The notes beneath the pieces are model-generated. The model saw nothing but the letters and a program-made list of their open reading frames with translations, made no database searches and was not told the DNA's origin. Of a stretch of 64,000 bases of DNA, positions 40,012 through 47,380 are shown piece after piece. Both the position numbers and the translations under genes were made by a program. This DNA comes from an uncultured Gammaproteobacteria bacterium. Its GTDB lineage: Bacteria > Patescibacteriota > Patescibacteriia > Patescibacteriales > UBA12465. Each line of letters begins with the position of its first letter. Positions within the stretch are counted from its first letter, which is position 1. Location: assembly GCA_964517555.1 (NCBI GenBank), contig CAZFEF010000001.1, forward strand, positions 56,598 through 120,597, in the 5' to 3' direction.

Positions 40012-41268
40012 TCATTTATTACAATTAAGGCCAATAACGGAAATATATTGATCGTTTGAATATATCTTTTCAACACTTGACAAAATAGAAGAAAAATCAT
40101 CATAACTAATATTCTCATCATTATTGAAAATTACAAAGATTCCGTAGCCAGAATCCGTTCCTTGAATGTACTGAATCAACTTCTTCCTATAATTTGACCT
40201 ATTTTTAAATCCTGACAACTCGGTATTAGTAGTGAGCTTTAATTCAATTAATATTGAACCTACAAAGCCATAAGAAACTAAAAAATCGGTTCGCTTATTA
40301 TCCAATAATTGAGTTTCTCTTCTGATGCTAATTTCTTCTTTTCTGAGCCCACCTTTTAATAAGCAATTTTCGATCTGACTATTAATCGTTTTTTGTATAA
40401 GATCCTCCTGTTTTCTGCCTGCCTCAATAATAAATCTATACGCACCCTCACTTTCAACCCATTGCCTCAAATCAGTTTCGAATATTTTTTTTACAAATTC
40501 AAATAAATCTCTTTTTGTAGCTATATCTAAATACATCATACCCTTAAGCTGATTATACTTTTTTATACAATCGGCAATATTTTTTGGTTTACCCAAATAC
40601 TCAATATATTCTTGCTTTAAATTTTGGAATTTATACCTAAGCCAATTAACTCCTGGCTTCTTGGAATTATTAATAATAAATTTTTCCAAGTCTCTAAGAT
40701 AACTATACGTATTATGCTCCTTTAAATTTTTATAATACTGAATTACAATTTCCCAGAGATAACTCGAATACGAATAATAAGGCTTGCCCTTTGAATATAT
40801 AACTAAAGAGTCTTTTAATAAATCCAAAAATAATTTCTTGATATCGCATTTTAATACCCAGACCGTTCTTTGATTATTTTTGGAAACCTGATTGGCAAAT
40901 TCTGCTAAACGATAAACAGCCCGATGAGTACCTTTATCTAAGCGGCACGAATAGGAATCAGAGATAAATTGTTTATCAAAATATTGATAGATTTCCCGGT
41001 AAAGCAAATGGTGGAGCAATCTGTCTCGGACTGTCGCTTTATGAATATTTCTCGGTTTGGGATCGGAAATATTAAAGGCTTGGTAGTTGCTATGTTTGTA
41101 GGTCTTGTTTTTTAAATCATGGTGGAGGCTAATGATATTATCCATTAATCTGCCTTGAAACAGTATTACGTCATTACGTTTTCTTTTACCCGTCAAAAAC
41201 TCCTCCCAAGCTAGAAGTAAGTTGGCAGTGGTAATAATATCTTCGTATTTTTTAATAAATTTCTTCAT
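40012..41268 (-). CDS. Chimeric ORF: N-terminal DGR reverse transcriptase fragment (aa 1-145) fused to a PD-(D/E)xK nuclease-like domain
   Basis: DPKPR.I..A..RDR..HH, DSYSCR..KGTH.A, LKCDIKK RT motifs, then no GN.TSQ or YxDD; C-terminus RRE..KRTD..ILIELK. Confidence 0.85.
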   Translation of the reverse strand: MKKFIKKYEDIITTANLLLAWEEFLTGKRKRNDVILFQGRLMDNIISLHHDLKNKTYKHSNYQAFNISDPKPRNIHKATVRDRLLHHLLYREIYQYFDKQFISDSYSCRLDKGTHRAVYRLAEFANQVSKNNQRTVWVLKCDIKKLFLDLLKDSLVIYSKGKPYYSYSSYLWEIVIQYYKNLKEHNTYSYLRDLEKFIINNSKKPGVNWLRYKFQNLKQEYIEYLGKPKNIADCIKKYNQLKGMMYLDIATKRDLFEFVKKIFETDLRQWVESEGAYRFIIEAGRKQEDLIQKTINSQIENCLLKGGLRKEEISIRRETQLLDNKRTDFLVSYGFVGSILIELKLTTNTELSGFKNRSNYRKKLIQYIQGTDSGYGIFVIFNNDENISYDDFSSILSSVEKIYSNDQYISVIGLNCNK

Positions 41269-41274
41269 AAAAAT

Positions 41275-41643
41275 ATGAGTACAATTCTTCGCCCACCGGT
41301 CGTGCTCGTTAAAGCTAAGGAGACCTACGCGATTTGGTTCAAAGTTTTGGCTGACTTTCCTAAAGCTTATCGCTATAACCTGGGTGGCAAGATTGAAAAC
41401 TCTTTTTTATCAATTTTAGAAAATATTTTTATCACTGCTTATCTTTCTGGAGAAAAGAAACAAGCGCAGCTATGCTTGGTAATTACCAAACTTGATGGTC
41501 TAAAATTTTTTCTGCAGCTGGCCTGGGAAAATAAATGCCTTTCTAATAATAAATATTCTTGTCTTTCTGAGCAGTTAGAAGAAATTGGTCGGATGCTGGG
41601 TGGTTGGAGAAAAGGTTTAGAAATGAAAACTCCCGCCAAATGA
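41275..41643 (+). CDS. avd: DGR accessory variability determinant (Avd-like four-helix bundle)
   Basis: FPK.YRYNLG..I, EEIGRMLGGW motifs; lies between RT and TR. Confidence 0.9.
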   Translation: MSTILRPPVVLVKAKETYAIWFKVLADFPKAYRYNLGGKIENSFLSILENIFITAYLSGEKKQAQLCLVITKLDGLKFFLQLAWENKCLSNNKYSCLSEQLEEIGRMLGGWRKGLEMKTPAK

Positions 41644-41659
41644 ACGGGAGAATATCAAT

Positions 41660-41768
41660 AATTGCGGGAGAAAACCTGGTTGCCATCGTTCCACTCGTTA
41701 GGATTCTCAACCGAGTTCGCCTTGACGTTCCAGCCATCGTCATTCCAGTTCACGTTCACAGCACGGAG
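41660..41768 (-). repeat. DGR template repeat (TR)
   Basis: 109 bp, AAC/AAT-rich (LRAVNVNWNDDGWNVKANSVENPNEWNDGNQVFSRN), ungapped match to 42127-42235. Confidence 0.95.
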
Positions 41769-42103
41769 GCATCGATTATGTACTGAAAACCGTCTAGATC
41801 ACCGTCCTTCGGCTTAATGCCCCGGGATTGTATATTATTCGGGACCTGAAAGTCCACCAGTTTTCAGTACCAATTATTGAAGTTTTTGAAGAAGTCTCTC
41901 CTACTCTCGCGCTAGGCTTGCCCGACGCGACTCCGAGGCTAAGAATTCTGAAATCATGGCGAAATAGCCGTAACCGTTTCGCGATTCTTGGTTTCATATC
42001 AATGTATCATAAATAAGCGGAAATAAAAAGACCCTCGGACTGTTTCAGTTTTCAAGAAGAAAAAAGAAAGAGTCAAAGGGTCATAGATTCAAAGGTACAA
42101 GGG

Positions 42104-42784
42104 TTAAACGGTCTTAGTGACCGAGGAATTGCGGGAGAAAACCTGGCTGCCACCGAACCACCCGAGAGGACTCCCAACCGAGAGCGCCTCGACGTACCAG
42201 CCACCGCCATCCCAGTCCACAGTCACAGCACGGAGTGTACCAGTGATGTCACGGATATAGAAGATATTGGCGTAACCGTTATTAAGCAGCTCGCTTTTTT
42301 CTCCGTTTGCCTGACGCTCCATCATGGCATACATTTCTGATAAAGTGGTTTCGGATTTTTCCTGGCCACCAAGTTCGGAAATGATAGGGCCATCAACCGA
42401 TCCCCGGTTTAGCTTGCGTCCGTAAACTGTACTGCCGGCAAAGGGTTCTTCGGTTTTCTCTGTAAACCAGGCTTTGAAATTATCACCTACATAGGAAATC
42501 TTGACCTTAGCCTTCTTGCCCGTGTCAACCACAAATTTATCTTTAGCGACAAATTTTTCGGTGGTGGCAGAGAGAGTAACAGTTGAAATCACTTCGCTCA
42601 AGATAGCAGGGGCTGGTGGAACATCAGTCTTAGAGCGGTTAGTGATTGCCTGAATAAACAGGTCAATTCCCTCTCCGGCGTTTTGAATGAGCCACTGGGC
42701 GTCATCATTTGATAATTTTTCGAATCTGTCCTGGAATTCTACCATTCTCCCAGCGATCATGTGCTTCTGTTTTGTTGTTGCCAT
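42104..42784 (-). CDS. DGR target (variable) protein
   Basis: GGAGG RBS before ATG42784; perfect TTGACA-17-TATAAT promoter at 42875-42903; C-terminus encoded by VR. Confidence 0.92.
   Translation of the reverse strand: MATTKQKHMIAGRMVEFQDRFEKLSNDDAQWLIQNAGEGIDLFIQAITNRSKTDVPPAPAILSEVISTVTLSATTEKFVAKDKFVVDTGKKAKVKISYVGDNFKAWFTEKTEEPFAGSTVYGRKLNRGSVDGPIISELGGQEKSETTLSEMYAMMERQANGEKSELLNNGYANIFYIRDITGTLRAVTVDWDGGGWYVEALSVGSPLGWFGGSQVFSRNSSVTKTV
42127..42235 (-). repeat. DGR variable repeat (VR)
   Basis: LRAVTVDWDGGGWYVEALSVGSPLGWFGGSQVFSRN; 19 mismatches to TR, 18 at TR adenines. Confidence 0.95.
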
Positions 42785-42935
42785 TTTGGCCTCCAATTTT
42801 TACAGGTTTTAAAAGAATTTTCTGCGCTTCACCCAGCAGAATTTGGGCATTATTCTTTATTAAATTAATGTATAATTATATCACGTAATTAGACTTATGT
42901 CAAGCCGAAATAAAAATAAACCGTGGGCAGAATAA

Positions 42936-43298
42936 TTACCTACAACGCCTCTTCTTCTTAATAAAATCAAGAGTCAAATTTATCTCTTCTATTATTCTTG
43001 GGTTTTCATTCACCCAACAATTTTTAAGACCAATTAGAATCCTCTCGGAAACTTCATAATATCTTCTAAAATTTCTAAGTTCAAAAACAATAGCTATTTG
43101 TCTGTCTAGTTTTTTGTCTTGTCTACCAGACTCAATATCAACTAAATCTTCTACTAACTTGTGGTATATTTGAAAATTCCTATTTTTACGATAATCTCCA
43201 AATTTTATAATCGACCAAGCTATAACAAAGATACTCACTAGTATGCCCAGAGCTCCTGTATAATCATTTAAAAATGCGAAAATTTTGATAAACCACAT
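42936..43298 (-). CDS. Hypothetical protein with N-terminal TM
   Basis: 120-aa ORF, one TM, LDRQIA..FELR segment. Confidence 0.7.
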   Translation of the reverse strand: MWFIKIFAFLNDYTGALGILVSIFVIAWSIIKFGDYRKNRNFQIYHKLVEDLVDIESGRQDKKLDRQIAIVFELRNFRRYYEVSERILIGLKNCWVNENPRIIEEINLTLDFIKKKRRCR

Positions 43299-43548
43299 AG
43301 TTTTTTATAATTAAAGTCCACTAAGATCGCCCTGATTTTTATAAATATGAATTGCCCCAATACTAATCATCTTGACGATCTGAGACAAAATCGCCAGAAC
43401 AAGCGATCTTCAGGTATGTGGGTCATAAAAAGACGTTTTTCATCAACGCACGCCATAGTCACGATAATTGGAACTGAGATGAGGAAGAATAATGATGTAT
43501 TTGTAACAACAATTTAATACTACCCCAGTGTCGCTCACTATATATCTT

Positions 43549-43770
43549 TTATGCTTTATCTTCAGGAAATAACTCGTAATATCCTGTCGGATTGTTCTCT
43601 CGCAAAAACTTTTTGAAAGATTTCACCTCTTTTTCAGTAAGGGGCTTATTATTTTCAGGGTCATTATTATCCTCCCAGCCATAGTCTTTTACAATCTCTC
43701 GCTTACTCAACCTAGGATCATTCTTCCAGGACCTTAAAATGGAATTAGCTTTTTGAATTTCCACAAACAT
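43549..43770 (-). CDS. Hypothetical small protein
   Basis: 73-aa ORF preceded by a GC-rich structured leader. Confidence 0.55.
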   Translation of the reverse strand: MFVEIQKANSILRSWKNDPRLSKREIVKDYGWEDNNDPENNKPLTEKEVKSFKKFLRENNPTGYYELFPEDKA

Positions 43771-43899
43771 ATATTTTTGTTTATTAGTTTTAATTTACCG
43801 ACCCACCGCCGGGGTTGACCCCCTGCCACACACCACCGACGATCGCGTGGTAGCAGTTTCGTATGGGAGAAAATATTTTTCAATTTGACAGGAGAATTT

Positions 43900-44181
43900 T
43901 TAAAATTTTATTGGCTCTTTCTTTTTCCCTTTATTTTCTATAATGCTCCGCCAATCTTTTACCCCTTCTACAAACAATAATGATAAACTAATGAAAAGAA
44001 TCAAATAACCAAAATTGCCGGCAATACGATCCTCTTCGGGACCCAATAACATATTTAATCCAATCGGGATTAATACAAGGCCAAAAAAGCCGAACCAACC
44101 TCGACAACCAAGTATAAGTGGTAATAATGGCAATATTAAAATAATTTTAAAAATTTCTATTAAATCTTTTTTAAACTTCAT
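43900..44181 (-). CDS. Small membrane protein
   Basis: ATG44181 (MKFKKDLIEIF...), 2-3 hydrophobic segments, 93 aa. Confidence 0.65.
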   Translation of the reverse strand: MKFKKDLIEIFKIILILPLLPLILGCRGWFGFFGLVLIPIGLNMLLGPEEDRIAGNFGYLILFISLSLLFVEGVKDWRSIIENKGKKKEPIKF

Positions 44182-44183
44182 AT

Positions 44184-44359
44184 TTCGCGTAGGATTTATC
44201 TGGGTCGAGGAAACAAAAAAGGTCTCCCGACACAGCGACAAACCCTTTCGGATCTGTCTCGCCCTCTTTCGAGAGCAAACCTACGCGAATAAGTGCTGGT
44301 CAGAAGACCATCTTTATTCGCGTAGGATTTTTTTACCATACCTGTCGGTAACCGACAGG
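44184..44359 (-). ncRNA. Structured leader with direct-repeat targets and an internal antisense copy (C4/CI-like)
   Basis: AAATCCTACGCGAA twice (44184-44197, 44317-44330), complement at 44280-44292, two GAAA-capped stems, 9-bp inverted repeat at 44341-44359. Confidence 0.55.
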
Positions 44360-44420
44360 GTTAGGTATTGTTTTTTATATAATAACCTTTTTACATCATT
44401 TTGAAAAGGTAAAAGCTAAA

Positions 44421-45338
44421 TTATGTTTTATTAAATAATTTATCAGCAATATCTATAATCTCAATCTTTTTAGCAACTCCATTAATCCACCTTTCCGGTA
44501 TTCCGTCGATTCCATAATAAGCACCGGCTAATTGTCCGTATATTGCAGCTGTAGTATCAGCATCGTCTCCCAAGTTTACGGCTTTTAGCACGCCCTCTTC
44601 AAAAGTCTCCGAATTATAAAACGCCCACAAAGCGGCTTCAAGCGATTTAACCACATAGCCCGACCCCTGAATAAAAGGCGGCTGCTGATTTTTATACGAT
44701 CCGAGAGCTACGGTTTCTGTCTCTTTAACTAATTTATTTTCAATCCAAAAATCTTTTATAGGGCAAAAAAGTGGTTGCAACAACTCCTCTTTAGTCGCTC
44801 CGTTTAATGCTCCAATAATAAGCCCGGAGTAATATTTACAAGCATCAGCACATAATTGTGATTCGTGAGTTACTCTAGAACTTAATTCTGCATATTTAAT
44901 CGCTTCAAAAACATTGTCTCTAAAATACAGTGGGATTGGGGCTATGCGCATCAAGCTACCATTACCATCAGAATTTCTAGAAGAAGTAGTTACATAAGGA
45001 TTTTCTCCGTTGTAAGCTACTAGAGCCCTTAAAACTGTCTGGCCAACGCCGAATGATCTGCCAGTGCTAGAGCAATAACCGGTTTCAAGCCATTTTTTAT
45101 ATTTATCAGCTTGATCCTTGGGGTCAAAACCCATACTCTCAATTAAACTATTAGCGAGACACAAAGCCATCGCTGTATCATCAGACCAACACCCCGATGG
45201 GAGGCGATTAGAATCTTCAAAATCATTAACGGGTTTAAAACTTCCTATAGATTTGAATTCTACTGGGACTCCAAGAGCATCGCCTATTGCCAAGCCAATC
45301 AATGATCCGCGATATTTTTTCAACAATTCACTATTCAT
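44421..45338 (-). CDS. ADP-ribosylglycohydrolase (DraG family)
   Basis: GLAIGDALG, WSDDT, GNGSLMR, GDDADTTAA..GQLAGA. Confidence 0.95.
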   Translation of the reverse strand: MNSELLKKYRGSLIGLAIGDALGVPVEFKSIGSFKPVNDFEDSNRLPSGCWSDDTAMALCLANSLIESMGFDPKDQADKYKKWLETGYCSSTGRSFGVGQTVLRALVAYNGENPYVTTSSRNSDGNGSLMRIAPIPLYFRDNVFEAIKYAELSSRVTHESQLCADACKYYSGLIIGALNGATKEELLQPLFCPIKDFWIENKLVKETETVALGSYKNQQPPFIQGSGYVVKSLEAALWAFYNSETFEEGVLKAVNLGDDADTTAAIYGQLAGAYYGIDGIPERWINGVAKKIEIIDIADKLFNKT

Positions 45339-45353
45339 TATTCGATAAATTAT

Positions 45354-45599
45354 TTATTTCTTAACATCAAGTCCATAAAATAATCCGGCAGCCTTATCGC
45401 CAAATTTTTCGTAAGCAATATCATCGAGCCCGCTCCTTAGCCCTCCAAATGACTCCTCAACGGTCCGCCACCTCTTTAATAGTTCGGTTTTGGGTAATTT
45501 AGAGCTCAAATATGTAAATAGTTCATTAAGGCTTCTTCTGGTATCTTTTGCCTTAGAACCAATTTCCCTGCAATCTTGTAAAGTAAAAATGTCGTTCAT
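45354..45599 (-). CDS. Hypothetical small protein
   Basis: 81-aa ORF co-oriented with neighbours. Confidence 0.55.
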   Translation of the reverse strand: MNDIFTLQDCREIGSKAKDTRRSLNELFTYLSSKLPKTELLKRWRTVEESFGGLRSGLDDIAYEKFGDKAAGLFYGLDVKK

Positions 45600-45693
45600 A
45601 GATTTAATAGTTAATATTTATAGATTATGGGCCATTTTGCTGAGTCCATCTCTATATATTTTAACTGAAAAATCATCGATTAGCCAGAGCAAT

Positions 45694-45870
45694 TTATGGT
45701 TTGTTTATTTTCGATTCAACCTTATCTAAAGGGTTCTGCCCAACAGCTAATTTAACTAAATTAACCAGATTTAAACCTTTTTCAATGGCCTCGGATTTAC
45801 TTATTTTCTTATGAAATCTTTTCTCATAAAGCGCCTGAAACTCTAATATTTCCTCATCGGTAAAATACAT
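45694..45870 (-). CDS. Small helical protein (58 aa, not in ORF track), homolog of 57694-57846
   Basis: MYFTDEEILEFQALYEKRFHKKISKSEAIEKGLNLVNLVKLAVGQNPLDKVESKINKP; starts 2 nt after the TM0106 stop. Confidence 0.7.
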   Translation of the reverse strand: MYFTDEEILEFQALYEKRFHKKISKSEAIEKGLNLVNLVKLAVGQNPLDKVESKINKP

Positions 45871-45872
45871 AT

Positions 45873-47375
45873 TTATAGATTATTAAACATTTTGTCCAAA
45901 CCATCCTTCAAAACCATCGTCGCTTTGCAATCGTCTTCATTGTAAATCTTAATTCTCTCCAATGTCTTTTCGTCTCCGGTTTCTAAATAATCGTTATACC
46001 ACTGAATCGATAATGCTCCTGATGGGGTCTCATCTCGCCACTTAAACCCTAAATAAACAGCCAGCTCTTTTATGGAATAACTTGGTAGCGGCCAGTCTGT
46101 GTGCTTTAAAACTACCTGATATAAATCAACTGTATTTTCCTGTTCAAAAAATTGTAATACTTCCTCGGCCGAAATGACATCCGGGTATTGTTTCTGCAAT
46201 TTTTTATAGGTAGTTTTTTCGTGAGGTGAATAGTAATAAACCGAATAATCATTCTCAGGCAAAGTTTTAATATACTTCCAAAAATTGGCCCAAGCTTCTT
46301 TTTCTCCGTCCGGCGTATTATCTTTAGCCGTAAAATCTATAAAACGTTCACCCTTAGGGCTGCGCTCATAAACTCCGTGCAGATAAACAAATTCCTGAGT
46401 CGGGTCATCTTCAATGTCAAAAAATAATTCATAATTAGTTTTAGGTAATTTAATTTTTTTATAAGCTACTGGGGCTTTAATATTTAATAGGACATTTGCT
46501 CTCTTAATAATTTTAATTAGAGTATCAGGCCCAACTCCTTTTAAAAATTTCTTATCCTTCTTTTTTTTCTCAGTAATATATTCTAAATCAATTCCTAATA
46601 TATCCTCAATTTTATAAATTCCCAATTCTTGGTTGATGATATCCCTCTTGCTACGACCAACATAAAACAATCCAGTTAAATCATTGTTTTCAAAAACCCA
46701 TTTTTTGCAACTACTATACCAGGGGCAGAGTTTACATTGACCAAAATAAGCGGGTAAATTCTGAGCCTTATTTTGTAAAAGTAAATCAACATTATTTTTT
46801 ACTGTCTTATAATAATCCCAGACAGTTGTTTTTTCCCTTTGATTTAATAATTCATTTAAGTTATAAACCGCTTCCTCTTTATGGACGTCTAAAATAATCC
46901 CTTTATTTTTATGCTCAAATCCCAATATCTCCAGAAGTTCAACATAAAAAGCCAATTGGACGGCATAATGCTTTTTCATTTTCCCGCCCTCTCCACTTTC
47001 CTCATCGACTCCAGCAAAGCCCATACCAGATTTTATCTCTATCGGGATATAAGTTCCATCAGGCTCCAATCTTAATAAATCAGGAATCCCTAAAAGATTC
47101 TCATACTGCAAAACCCCTTGATAAATCAAAGGGGTTTTATTATTTAAAGCTTCTAAGGTTTTTTTCGCTCGTTCTTCGTAGTTACCGTCACTTAAATCTA
47201 AAGTATTGCCAAGACCTTTCACCACATCTTTTTCAAACTGAACTCCTCGGTCCCAAAGCATCTGCACAAAAGGATTGATCTCTTTTATTTTTTCTTCCTG
47301 CGGACCATAAGCGTCTCGCCACACACGGTGCGGACATTGAGTATAATCATAAAGCTTTGATCCGGTAATTTTCAT
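45873..47375 (-). CDS. TM0106-family RecB-like nuclease with RNase H-like C-terminus
   Basis: QCPHR, PDLL..PIEIK, QLAFY, CKLCPW..C, FFDIE, YNEDDCKAT. Confidence 0.88.
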   Translation of the reverse strand: MKITGSKLYDYTQCPHRVWRDAYGPQEEKIKEINPFVQMLWDRGVQFEKDVVKGLGNTLDLSDGNYEERAKKTLEALNNKTPLIYQGVLQYENLLGIPDLLRLEPDGTYIPIEIKSGMGFAGVDEESGEGGKMKKHYAVQLAFYVELLEILGFEHKNKGIILDVHKEEAVYNLNELLNQREKTTVWDYYKTVKNNVDLLLQNKAQNLPAYFGQCKLCPWYSSCKKWVFENNDLTGLFYVGRSKRDIINQELGIYKIEDILGIDLEYITEKKKKDKKFLKGVGPDTLIKIIKRANVLLNIKAPVAYKKIKLPKTNYELFFDIEDDPTQEFVYLHGVYERSPKGERFIDFTAKDNTPDGEKEAWANFWKYIKTLPENDYSVYYYSPHEKTTYKKLQKQYPDVISAEEVLQFFEQENTVDLYQVVLKHTDWPLPSYSIKELAVYLGFKWRDETPSGALSIQWYNDYLETGDEKTLERIKIYNEDDCKATMVLKDGLDKMFNNL

Positions 47376-47380
47376 AAATA

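Noticed and set aside
40012-41268. RT as a group II intron, retron or intact Abi RT
   Set aside because: N-terminal motifs plus adjacent avd/TR/VR indicate DGR origin; there is no YxDD, maturase domain or intron-like RNA.
41543-42016. Short ORFs (41543-41743, 41604-41786, 41794-41997, 41828-42016) over TR and its leader
   Set aside because: They overlap avd or the structured non-coding TR region and have no recognisable motifs; treated as spurious.
44182-44404. N-terminal extension of ORF 43900-44241 and antisense ORF 44015-44404
   Set aside because: They run through the structured repeat leader; ATG44181 gives a more coherent membrane protein.
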